This document shows, in pieces, positions 1 through 13,100 of a stretch of DNA of 64,000 nt. The stretch lies in assembly GCA_002633005.1 (NCBI GenBank), contig NMRA01000006.1, positions 1,837,725-1,901,724 of the forward strand, in the 5' to 3' direction. The translations under genes were made by a program, and so were the position numbers. The DNA comes from Phoronis australis (lineage: Eukaryota > Animalia > Phoronida). Positions within the stretch are counted from its first letter, which is position 1. Each line of letters starts with the position of its first letter. The notes beneath the pieces are model-generated. The model saw only the letters and a program-made list of their open reading frames with translations, was not told where the DNA came from and did no database searches.

Positions 1-399
1 AATCCGAGAGCTTCCCACCTAAAGCGAATTAGGAGTGTTGGCAAGACCACTGTCACGTTTATCTGGCTTTATTTTTTCGAATATATGTTTTATCCAGAGC
101 ACTGTAGATGGAAACTTAGCGCGGCAGATGGCACCGCTGAAATTGTAGGTATTGAAGCCAGCGGGGTTCTTAGTTTTGTGAACATGGGAAGAAAATAAAA
201 TGACAAAGCGTTCAAAGAATTACATTTTGAAGGAAATCCATGACCCGGAACAATAATTTGTTACTTGTATTATAATTCACATTGCCAAACCACCGTCTTC
301 GACGCTGTCGTTGCATTCTTTATTATCATCGATTTTTGTTTAAAAATGGGTAATCGTGCGTTTCCTTATCACTGGGCGCGTAATCATCAATCTTCAAAA

Positions 400-552
400 G
401 TCGGGGATGGGCGCTTAACCGAGAGGTGGGCGCTTAACTGGAAATCGCAGAGGGACGGTTAACCGAGCATTGGGCTGTTAAATTGAAAATCCACCTAAAG
501 TAGGGGATGGGCGGTTAAGAGAGTATGAGCGTTAACCCGAACGTGTACGATA
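400..552 (-). mobile_element. Terminus of a MITE-like repeat with GGGCG(C/G)TTAA sub-repeats
   Basis: Reverse complement of 11634-11781 (shared ccacctaaagtaggg, ttaacccgaacg, cttaaccgagaggtgggcgcttaa). Confidence 0.6.
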
Positions 553-3500
553 AGTTCCACATGGTGCTAATTACTGTAGGTCAAGCCGAAGTTACAAGCA
601 TGACCTTGAATTTAATCCAGTCAGCGATGGTAAATCTACCTGTTCAGGCAATCAATGAATTCCATTCAGTCCATGGTTTTATCATACGTAATTAGGAATT
701 GCTAATGAGGGCTTCCAAAACATGAGGCAAAACAATTTTTTTCTAAGACCACACTGCATGGGCCTTAGCTTCATCCAAACCTGTTACAGAAAAGATCATA
801 GCTGCTTTATCAACACAGGTGTTACTGAGTTACAGTAGAAAATGTTGGGGTCTAAATCCTACAGTAACACAGGTTCCTAGAGAGAAAAATTAGATTAAAA
901 TGAGAACTGTTGCTAGAACTTAAAATAGCATTTTGCTGCTGTTAAGCTATCACAGTTGATTTGCTAACTGAAACAATACGGCTTCAAAACCATGCAATTG
1001 ATGCAAGGCTAATTCTTTAACAGATAGTTTGGATGGTGCAAAGGTTACTAAATGCCATCCCTTAGATAAGAGAGTTTCAGTTCTTGTTGTCCCAGAACAT
1101 CACACAAGGAACCTGGTCAACTTATATCCTGGATGAGTCATTAATTAGTTGACAAGTTGCCAAATTTGGATAAATTGGCTAAATTGAATTTTGATGCAAA
1201 TTCTTTGTATTTTACCAGGACTATGTCTCCCTGGGGACCAAAGCAGCTTTTCTTTTCATCAGGTTGAACTTAAAATATCTTTAAATTTGTCGAGCACAAT
1301 ATGTGGAACACTACAATTTTATTTTATGAAAATGTTCAACTAGAGTAAACAAGAAAATAATTTTACTGATTTTTAAAACTTCGTATAGTACGACTGTCAT
1401 CAACAAACACCGGACAAAGTTTTAAATGTTTTTGGCAATACAGCGAGCATTTGAAAAATCAAAAAATGACAGTTTTTGCCATAATTTTCGTTCGAATTGA
1501 TGGAAACTTTATGGTACCTGATAAAAGTGAATGCAATACAAAAGTGCGGGTCCTTTGCTGCTGGTTTATGCCGCCATCTATTGTTCCATGGGTTGCAAAT
1601 GCACGTACATACCAAGAGAACAATAAGTAACACTGGCGAATACCTATCCAAGGTAACCAGAGGTTTGCATTTCTGCTGCAAGAAACATCAAAAACGGTTG
1701 CTTTCCCTTTTCAGCATATGAATACGTTGCTTCATTTTAGGACACAACATGGCGGACAAGCGTAATTTCATTTCGTCAAATTTCTCAACTAAAATAACTT
1801 TTAGGGAAAATTTACTAAATGCTTTTAGCATGGTTTATATGGCGTAGCAATTGCCCAATAACATTTAGTAAAATTTTGGGCATTTGCAACATTGTCGTGA
1901 GCCTCTGAAAAGTTGAAATTTGTCAACTTAAGCAGTTATTTGTTCCAAATTGAAGAATTTTTACTGTAAGCTTACCAGTAAGTTTGTGCACCTTACCCAA
2001 TATCTACAAACTATACATTTTAACCGTAAGAGGAAAGCTTGCAGAAATCGTTTTTGGACTTACACGTGACCATTTCTTGATAAAAAAGAAAGGTATGTTT
2101 TTAGTTAAGTAATGGTATTGATATCGTGGCCAAATTTCATGTGGCATAAATATTCAAGATGAAAACTGAAAAACCTTCTTTTTTTCTAAATTGTCTTTTC
2201 ATTTATGTTTAATGTAATTGATGATTTTTTCATAAAAATTACAAAAGTCTTGTTTTTTGATTGCAACTCAAACAAAATTGAAACATTTGATCAGGATCTA
2301 CAACCTGTATTGGAAACCAGTGTATCAGTCATATTACCCTAAAAGACGTTTTTGAGATATGATGTTTCGAAGTAAGCCAGATTTGATTTTTATCTATAGA
2401 GTTCATCAAAAAGTTTGAAATTACAGGAAGGGAGTTTTTCCAACTTCCTGTCAAAACTGCTTTCTCCTTGTTTTTACCATCAGTTTGTTCCTGGTAATAG
2501 TTCACTGAGTAATTGGGTTGGTGATGAGATATCTCAGGCCATCCATGTTGATTAATTTACTGAGTTTTTACCTTATCAGTTTTACACAGAATAACATAGC
2601 CATGCAGGATATCAGGAAGATGTAACCAGCCCATTGGTGTTAGGATTCAACGCTTATCATAATTTCAACTCTCCAAACTGCGACCTGGCAAAATTCCCAG
2701 GTCGGCTCAGGAACTGAGGTCACCAAATCAAGGAACTTTTGTATTACAGGGTAGGAGGGGGGGGTTTGCAAAAATCCAGGCTGTAGTACGCAAGAGCCAG
2801 AATTGTAGTAATGAAATAAATGAGGCACCTGAAATGAGATACAGGTGAACTAAAAAAATGTCCAATATCCAACGATGCACCCGAGTTCGCCGTATGGCAT
2901 TTTTTAATGGAATGGAAAGTATGAGTGTCTTGCATGCCTGTTAACCATCAGTTTTCCCGCTAAGGCTCGTATACTAAGTCAGAAGGCATGTATTACGTGT
3001 GCATGTTTTAAATGGGCCCTGACGATTGTTAACGTAGTACAGTTCCAACTTCCATCTACGTACTTCCCGTAGTAGTCTGAGTGCGTGCTCTGATGTGATC
3101 ACAGGGATGTGTGATTTTTACCAGGCTGCTAAACAATATCTGAGTTTGCATTGGTAACCTTCAGGTCGTCAAATCAAGCCTATTGTTGTGTAGTCTACCT
3201 GTGTCCTTTTGAGCTGTGCGCATGTACCACTCTGAAGATGTGCCTGGTGTGCTCACAGATTTTGGAGCATATCAGTCCATGCTATTTCCCAGAGCATTTG
3301 AATTAAAAACTCAAAAATCAGGAGTACTTATCGTTAAGAAGTGATGTTTTAAAAAGTTAATATAGTTTATTCGCGATAAAGCCAGTTGAGCTGGATTTTG
3401 TCACCTTCAGGTGCAACTTTTGCAAGAGTAATAAAGTGTATAATATGAAGGGCAGAATGTGGACAATGATGCATAGCTAGTGTGCTTTGGGATTTGCATT

Positions 3501-4141
3501 GTGTATTCACAATAAGATAGGTTCTACTGAAAGCCGTGGCTTGGTGTTTGCTGCATGTAAAAGGAAAATTTAGAAAAATTCGGGGTTCTTTGTGGCAAAT
3601 GTACTATGTCGCTGAATAGCGATTTTGTTCTTTTGTAAAGAACAACATAGCAATTCCATGGTAAAGGCACATAAAGGTCAGTTCTGTACGTAAAGGTTAG
3701 TTCGGTATTTTTCAAGCAGTGTTCTGTTCAGGTTAGTCATGTTGTCTACACTGACTTTTTGGAATGCTGCACTGGCGTTCAATAATTTATCGGGAAAGAA
3801 AGATGGGCAATGTACATGTGCATCGCCGTACTATTTGAAAATGCTCTCAGGGTGGTCACCTGCATTACCAAAAATTGGCTTTTGCAGTGTTTTGTGAGTT
3901 TGATGATAAACTAGCTAACTAATGAGTTTTGGAACAATTAATTTTGCTTCTAGTTGTGGGTGACATCCACCCTGATCTAGCATGAACTTGTCGCACTTCT
4001 ACACACACTGGCATTATTGAACACTTCTTTTAAAGCTTTTGAAATATCGACAAAATTAAAGACAAGGGTTACTGCTCTTCAACTGCGCTTTATTTGTATT
4101 TTTTAATGAAATCAGCATTTTTATTTCTCATTATTTTACAG

Positions 4142-4193
4142 GGAAATCTCATCTGAAGCTCATCTGAATTCCGTGAGAAGCCCAGATGCCAAG
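4142..4193 (+). CDS. Adaptor gene, internal coding exon (EISSEAHLNSVRSPDAK)
   Basis: Acceptor ttattttacag, donor AAG|gtaaac. Open frame ending in phase 0, matching the exon at 14111. Confidence 0.55.
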
Positions 4194-7100
4194 GTAAACA
4201 TAATGTTTTTAAAGTTAATCCAAATAATGTAATTACATTCTGAATGGATGGCATATCCTAGTATGTGTTGAGATAATAAAGTCACTGATGAAATTCTGTG
4301 TGCAGTGTAATTTAGTCTCAGCTTTGCACTGTGTCATAAAAATTCACATCATGATTTTATCGTTGTTCTTAGATGTTGAAATGACATTTGCTATCATTTC
4401 TAAACCCAAAACTAGCTTTTGTTTCGACACTGTTTTTTGTCAAGCTGGTGGTGAAATGGAGAGGTTAATTCTTTGTTTCTCATAGAGAAGCTGTGGAAAA
4501 TTGCATGTAAAACCATCTGCTTTGTTACTACTTTATCACGCCACCACCGAGTTTCTTTTTGTTTTATTGATCAGCTGTTACAAACGCTTTTATCTGGCTA
4601 CAGTGAATTTTAATTAAGTAAAAATGTCTGAACACTCTTTGCTGCGAATGATTCAATTTGCCTTAGATATTGATATTTTTGCGGATAGCAAGACACATCG
4701 CATATAGGAGGATTGTGGGTTAGCGGTCATCCAGAGCAGCAGTGCCGGCAGACGCAGACATACGATATAGAGATCACTTCAGTTTAGTAGTATTTCAAGC
4801 AGCCTGAAGGTCAATTTATCTTCAATACGAGCGAACAGGTAGCGCCTATCCAAAATCAGCTGTCAGCCTACGGAGCAGACCATCGCCTTCGTCACACTTT
4901 CTAGATTTTGGATTTAATGACGCATATCCTGCAAATCAATGCCCTGGGACGTGCATGCATAGGCTTTGTTGTGCAGTACACCTGGGCTGACAATGGAGCA
5001 AAAATTTCTTAATGGTCGTTTTTGTCAAGAAATGTGGAAATGAAATTCCACTTGCACATCTGCTTTATTGTTTGCTAAATAACGAAAGAGTTACTGCAAT
5101 TACATTTTCATCAACCTTGAATATCACCTTGCAATTCTGTGATAATCATGAATTCATTCTTCGTAAAACATTAAAGCAAAAAATATATCTTAATTGCAAG
5201 TTTATTGTCGCCGCAGTGTGTTGCAAAAAGATACCAGTAGTGGTGATATAGGATACCTTTATGTTTCAAAAAAGATTGACAGTTGACGGTGGCTTAGTAA
5301 TAGAGAGGAGTTCAATAAAGTGTTGAAGTCAGTATTGTCATGAAAAGATAATATAAAACAACATAAAAATAAAAGCGCTCTGAAGAAAGAAATTAAAAAT
5401 TAAAAGGTGAGATCGAGGACAAAACTAAGAACATAAACAATCATGACCTTGATGCTTACTTTAGTAACATATTAGATAACCCGTAAGGAGTTCTATTTAT
5501 GTACCAAATTTGAAAAGGTGGCAGTCACAACGCCACCTTGCGTCCAATTTCGCACAAGAAAAACAGTCTCTCGGGCAATTGACTAGGTAAACACTGTATG
5601 TAAATTTCAAGCCGATCAGACGAAAACTGCGATCTCTAACACAAATATGATAGCCTAACAAAGGTCAGCAATAAATAACTATTCAACAAAAGAGCAGTCA
5701 CCTTGGGAATAAATTTTGAATATCGCGAGAATGGTAAGTCGTAGCAAGAAACGAATTTCGCCACACTGATAGCGCTTGAAAAGATCTATCCATATACCAA
5801 ATTTCAAGCAGATCCGTCAAGGGACACCGAAGATATGGCACGAAAACTCAGTTATTTGGTGAACTAGAGATGAACAAATCGACGTTAGCGATAGCCCTTT
5901 TGGAATGATCTATCCACAGAAAGAAAAATCCGACCAGAAATAGCAGAGCTATCATGACTCCGCAAACGAAAAAAAGAAAAAATGGCTGCCACAGCACCAT
6001 CTTGTATTAGATTTCAACAAAAAAGCAATAGGCTTCTAGCCATTCATGAAAAACGTGCGTAGATTTCGTGTTGATCCGATAAGAATTGCCATCTATTGCT
6101 TGCGAACAAGAAACAAAAAACAAACAAGTTTTATGGCAAAGTAACATACTTGGAAAAACTTTATTTCACCATGTAATAAAACAGAAAAAATACAGACTCT
6201 TAGACATGTATATTAAAACGGAATGAAACAGCCAGACATTCTGGGTGGCAGGCCTTGAAGAACAAAGTGACTAACATCACCTACATGAAGCCCTGTCCGT
6301 CCTCTTCAATGTTTCATATATACCTTAGTATACATCTTTTGAACCTCTGTCTGCACACTGCTATTGCCATACATGGCGTCATGGATGAACCTTTAGCTCA
6401 AAATATTTTGCCAGAAAATCTGTCTACATACACTAGGGACGGATCAGTTCACAATTATTGCCATTTTCACGTGAGCACAAACCGTTTCCTTTAGGGGATG
6501 GGGCCTGTTGCTAGCATGTGCTTTTGACATCATGAAAATGGCAGTGTCAAAGAACAAACACCAGCCTTTTATAACTTCTTTTTCACTTCGTAAAAACCAA
6601 TAGCAGAAATGTTACCAGGATCCAACCAATCCCATAGTTTGCACTGTAAGACTTTGCACCACATACGTCTGCTTTTCTTGCTATGAAAACAGAACCAACC
6701 AAAAATGTTGTATGTGATCTTGACTTTGCTGGGGATTTGGCTCATTTCTGTAAAGAGCCGGGATCAGTTGACGAAAATCCATCTAAGGACTAACAACATT
6801 TCGTCAATGCATATTGTCATGTCATTGCTGGCAGTGACACCGCTCGGAAATCTCATCAAAAAGTTGGACAGCATTCTTGGCCCGGAGAGCAAATGTTGCA
6901 CTTGGGGCGGGGACAGCGACACAATCTCAAGCGTGTTTGCAAGAGCAATCGACAAAATGAAGAAGTCATGAAAAGCAAAAGTTGTTAAAAGTACATCTTC
7001 ATTTGATGCATTTGTAGGGCACTTCAATTCAATATTTTAGGTGATTTTGTTTAGTCATATCTACACCAGAAAACATGTTGCAGTGACCCCATGCTTTCAA

Positions 7101-10100
7101 TTTGGTGAGGTCTAATGCTGTTTTCCACCATATTGTTCTCAAGTCATCAAATTTTGTGTGATGACTAGATATTTACGAGCTGGCAGTGTTGTAGTTGACC
7201 CCTCCCTCCTTCCCCCCCCCCCGAATTGGTTGGTTGCTGACAATATTTTTGAAATAATGGTGTTGACTAGTACTTTGATTTTGATGAACTTAAATTGTCT
7301 ATTATGTTTGGAAATGCTAATTTCATCACTGTTGACTCAAATATAACTAGGTGTTGAGCAGATGGTTGCTTTGCAGCCATGCTAAAATACTGTTGAGGTC
7401 AGGTCATTTTGTTATATGACACCTAGTGACCTGCTCTTTCTCTTGAAAAGTTGCATAAGGAAGGTACAATTACAACAGTTACAAGGAAAAGAAAAATGTT
7501 AGAAATGCGATACTTGAAATTCTACACTTTCCATGGTCCAAGTGCATCAAAATCTATTCAAGTCTTGACTTAACAAGGGAAATTTGAAAGGTCACTGGAC
7601 TGGCAAGTTTTGAGCAACGTCTGGAGTAGTTTTGCTGTGTTTGCACCTGGACTTTGTTTCATAAAGTTATGTACTTGGGTGGTTCCTCAGTATTTGTCCG
7701 CTCTGTTTGGTAATAAAATTTTCTTTGTAACCCCGCAATAGCATGTATCATCATACTCGTATTAGAGCACTAAAGCTGCACTTCAAGAATGTAGTTCACT
7801 TCCCATAGTATGATGGCTAAAGTGCACAGTCAATGACTGTCTTGTAAACACGTCATACGAATTGTGGTGATTTTCTGTTCTAGCAAGAGGCATCTCTTGG
7901 TAGAACAAATCATTAATGTAACAGCCTGACTATTCATCTCCTTGTCTTACCTTTGGAAGTTAAGTAACAAAGTAACAATACTTCTAAGAACAATATTTAA
8001 ATGCATGAACCTTTAGTTACGACTCAAAATATCAAGTGCCATACTTAATNCTATTCGACTATGCAAATGCTATTGTAACCACTGGAAAGAACCGGCTTGC
8101 TAAAAGAAACCAAATCACAGCGGCGAAAGGTGCACTGCCACCTAGAAAGAAAATAAACAGCGTAACAAGTAAATGAAATACAACAACCAATGACAAAAAA
8201 ATGATGCACGGCATCAACAGTCCAAGTGCATCAAAATCTATTCAAGTCTTGACTTAACAAGGGAAATTTGAAAGGTCACTGGACTGGCAAGTTTTGAGCA
8301 ACGTCTGGAGTAGTTTTGCTGTGTTTGCACCTGGACTTTGTTTCATAAAGTTATGCACTTGGGTGGTTCCTCAGTATTTGTCTGCTCTGTTTGGTAATAA
8401 AATTTTCTTTGTAACCCCGCAATAGCATGTATCATCGTACTCGTATTAGAGCACTAAAGCTGCACTTCAAGAATGTAGTTCACTTCCCATAGTATGGTCG
8501 CTAAAGTGCACAGTCAATGACTTGTCTTGTAAACACGTCATACGAAATTGTGGTGATTTTCTGTTCTAGCAAGAGGCATCTCTTGGTAGAACAAATCATT
8601 AATGTAACAGCCTGACTATTCATCTCCTTGTCTTACCTTTGGAAGTTAAGTAACAAAGTAACAATACTTCTAAGAACAATATTTAAATGCATGAACCTTT
8701 AGTTACGACTCAAAATATCAAGTGCCATACTTAATCCATTGATTCTGGAATTCAACAGATGGAGTTGTTGCCTAATTTTGTATGTTTATGGTCAAGGTGA
8801 TGTGCCATATGTGTACATGCACAGTGCTGTCTTAGAGGCAGTAGTGGGTTTATGCGATATTGTCGGCATGTCTGATGGACAAGGTATTGTAGAATCAATA
8901 GCCCTGCACAATGTAATTGACCGAAAACACTATTTTTCTTGTAACGGAGTTGAGACAAGTTTCGCCATTACCAGCAAGGGAATCTCATAGATCACATCAC
9001 ATGTTGGTAGTTGAACAGTGTCAGAGACCGTACAGAGGGAGGCAAATCTTACTAGCAAAATCCCATTGAACAGCCATTGGCAGATATTGTTGTTTCATGG
9101 ACCAGAGCGAGATCAAGAGAGCATGTTTTGTGAAGAAAACAAATAATGGTGGATTACTTGTGGCTGAGACGAGACATTCTATTATTTTAGTTTGCGTTTT
9201 TTAACTCCATAAGTTTCTGATTATCATAACATTGTTCCAGTTTGTTAACATACGAACACTGCTAGACAATGTATGAACACTGCTGGACAATGTCGTGGGT
9301 TGTTGTGCTGTATGTATTGTCCCGGGTCATTCATTTGACAGTGCAGACAAACAGATGAATACAGTAACACCAAGGAGGGAATTTATCTGTCCTCTGTGCT
9401 TTCCCTGTTGTGACTATGTTTACTGTGCCCTTAGACCTAACATTTTCTGGTACCCTGGACACTGTAGTTTTTTAACCCTTAGTGTGGTGGAGTGCATACC
9501 TTGCCACAATAGGTTTCATGCCTGGTGTGTGATCTGTGATATTATATGCCCAGTGACATTACTTGTTTTGTGTTGTTATTATGCCTGTGCTATTTTCGGT
9601 GCCTGTGTTGTACCTGTATTTATGATCATTTGTGATTGGACCATTATTATAGGTATTAGTGGGCGCATTGCATTGCTCTTGTTTACAAATCATTGACTAG
9701 TACTTGCTATCTGGGCTGATTTTCACATATAGACAGTTTAAGTTCACCTAGTGGTTATAGTCAACATAATTTGGACACTATTGCAGCATTTTTATCCCTT
9801 CACAATGTTTGCTTTGTCAATTATTTGTCGATTGAAATTGACTTGACAGATTATGGTGAAATTTCACAGTATTTGAATTTATGGCAGGGATACGCCAGCA
9901 CCACTTGATTTTTGGAGTGCTGTGCCATCCTGTTTTCAAGGAAATAGTGCTTGTATGAAAGCATTGTCAAAATGGCTTAACAGTTTTTAAGGAAACATGA
10001 CAAAGAAATGCATGGCTGAGATGCATAGCATTTTGTGCAATTTTGACTGCAGTTCGAGGTGTACATTAATTTTCTATTGTGGCGTGGACTTCAGTGCATA

Positions 10101-13100
10101 ATAAATTTTAATTGTATAGTTTTGTAACCTGCCTGATAATTTGCCATAGGAAAAGTTGAAGTAAATATTACTTTAAGGATATCTTAAACCTTATTCATAA
10201 AAATTGTCCATTTTTACAATACTTCATATGTCTAGAAAAATACCTGATCTTCATTCTCGAGGAACTTTAATTATGAAATATATAACGTGTAACGAGAAAA
10301 AGATTTAGTAGAACCGTCTTGGAACTGCACAACTGCATGGAAATCTGTTACTTATCCAAGGTCAAGTGTTACGTGGCTGTCACTCAAATCTAATCTCTGG
10401 CCAGGCACAGCAGCTCTGTATGTACCCTCAGTCCTTTCATTCACTCAGTCGCCATAATTTTGCGTCAACGACGTGTACATATTATAGAAAGACGCCGGGA
10501 AAAAGGACAAAATGCAGTTTTGATAATAGAGAGTTGTGTGTTTGCATCCATACGACCATCGAGAAGGAATTCTAAGTTGCTTCATCATGCCACATTTACT
10601 TTGTGTTCACGAACACAACAAGTTGTGAAAAGAGATAAAATTCTTACCCAAATTTGACATTTCAATGTTTCGATCTCATGCTCACGATGTGCTTTAACTA
10701 CCGACCAATTTCTGTATTGACATTTTGTACTTGGGTTTCATATCAGTCTCCTAGTGCGTGGTGTGTCTAACAATGAACTGTTGACCTACTTTAAAGTGGA
10801 CCACAATGCACCAGCTTGACCCACTTAATATATTGGCTCCGCCCATAATCTAGTCTGCCCATGGCCTACTTGGAATCAACTTTACTGATTAAGAAGTTTT
10901 TTTGTGATAATCAAGTTAACTACGCTCTGCAAATTGATGTAAAGTTGCAAGTGAATGATGCAATAATGAACGCAGCTAACGGATGTATCGGTTGTATTGA
11001 CCGAAAATAAGTTTTCATTGAATAATTAACCAAAGATCTTAAGATATTCACCTCTCACGATTTAATCGGCTTTTTCTCAGCAGCGGCAAATCAACTTAAA
11101 ATGAAAACAGCTTGGTGGCTTTAGCTGAAACTTTCCGAACTTAGTATTCACCAATTTCAAAAGCGCTGTTAGGATTTTTGACATAAAGGTCTAGTTTTTG
11201 CGTAGTATAACAAAGACGAATATGACTGCTGTATTTTACAAAAATACCTTATGTTTTGCGAGTTGATTTGTCATAGAAACCATTGAAAAGACTAACTGAA
11301 AATTTCTAACAGCGTTTTTGAGGCAACTGGTGAAGTTTTCATTTAGAAAGGTTCATAAAAATCTACAGAAGGGTATTTTGCTATCAATGTACCATTCTAA
11401 AAAATGAAATTTTGACTTAAAAAGGTGTTAATGTAATGATAATAATGGTACATAAATATAAAACATAGTTTTACATTCCCTTGTCTTTTATCTTTCAGAA
11501 AATGTTATGTATTACTTTTACTAGTTGACAAAGCCTAGTTTTTTGATATACGTGTTACAATGGAGGCCTCTAAATAAGGTTTCAGATAATCTTAATGGCA
11601 TATTAAGCCCTACATCAGTGGGTACTTTGGTAGTACCGTAATCGTTCGGGTTAACGCCCATGCTCAGTTAACCGCCCACCCCTACTTTAGGTGGATTTTC
11701 GATTTAACCGCCCACTGCTCGGTTAACCGCCCCCCTGCTATTTTTGAAGATTTCCAATTAAGCGCCCACCTCTCGGTTAAGTTAGTGACAATGTCGTTTG
11801 TTTAGATAATTATTTCAACACGGGTCTTAAAACATCAAGTCTGGAAGGGGGGGGTTAAGGCATCTTTATGTTGTTCACTTTGAAGTTGGCCATTTTTTAC
11901 CCACCAATGCCTTGAATATGCCTTTAACTACTGATAGTCGAGTTAATAAAATGTGAGTTGATGAAAATGACTTTTTGGTGGTGGTTTATGAGATCTAGAA
12001 GGCATTGTAAACATTTCGACTTGATGGAGTGTGTATTCAATAGGCATGGTGACTGTTTTAGATGGGCATGCAATACAGGTTTACTGGACTGCAGGTAGGA
12101 ATTCCATCTGTCGCTGGTTTTCAACCTCCAGTTGCTCCCAGTTTCACTCACTACATCCCACCCCTAGTCGCTAGCCATTTCAAATCCCATCAGGCACGGA
12201 ACCAGGGGAGCCCAAACCCCCCTGCTAGAATGTAGAATGTTGTAACCTGTGAATTTTTGAAACAAAGATCTGGAACCCCGTTCGGATGTTGTTAGAGGGC
12301 ACTTTTTGGACATTGGCATAGGAAACACTTGATGGTTGGGGGGAGAGTCTGTTTTTCAATTTTATTTTAATACAAAGTTTGTGAGTTGAAACTTAATAAT
12401 TAATTGTTAATTGATACTTATTAACACCTGGGATATTTGGGGGGCTGGAAAGCTATCTCTGCCCCCAACCTTTTGGTTGAGGGGTGCTCGCCCCCTTCCC
12501 CCCTGATGCTTCTTATGCTTATGTAGGAAAGAAATGCTATGTTTTTGATGCTACCTTCAGCAGACCTATCTTATGTTTATTACGTTTCTCCTGACCCCCT
12601 CCTGGACAAAATCCTGCAGGTTCTGTACCGGCCGCCCTCTGATTGCCTACTTTCACCTGGACACCACTGTTTACTGAAACTCTCTCCTGCTTAAAATGTA
12701 TTACTCGTAGTTTACGTTAGCTTCGCTGCCCAAAATTTTTTTGATTTACTCTCTGCTTTGCCTGTATGTGTATTTTTCCAATACACCACTCATATTTTAT
12801 ATTCTCAATATTTTAAACAAAGATACTTCACAATGTTGAATTTGACACAATAAAATCGGCCATGGTAGTCAACATCTGCTGTACTTTGTCGGAGCACACA
12901 CCCGCTAGGTGTCGCTACTGTTCACAGCACAATAATGGCAGCGGCCGATGAGATTAGTCTTGTTAATGTCTTTGGAAATATTACTGACATCTTGCCACCA
13001 ACTGACCCTTAATCTTACCATAAATACAGGATTCGTGAAACAAGGCCCTGCGTACAAATTGCCCGTCAGTGCTGTACATAAGCAGACGATGGTTGCACGA

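Noticed and set aside
1270-2023. Possible TTAA-bounded element
   Set aside because: Terminal inverted match too weak to define boundaries and no second copy in the window.
3222-3344. Short ORF MYHSEDVPG...IVKK that could splice in phase 2 to exon 4142
   Set aside because: The only suitable donor (AA|gtgatg) is weak and there is no other support.
9295-9696. 133-aa Cys-rich hydrophobic ORF starting 'MGCC', tempting as the missing lipidated/TM N-terminus of the adaptor
   Set aside because: It starts with GTG, its composition follows from TG-rich intronic DNA, and it ends in a stop with no convincing in-phase donor.
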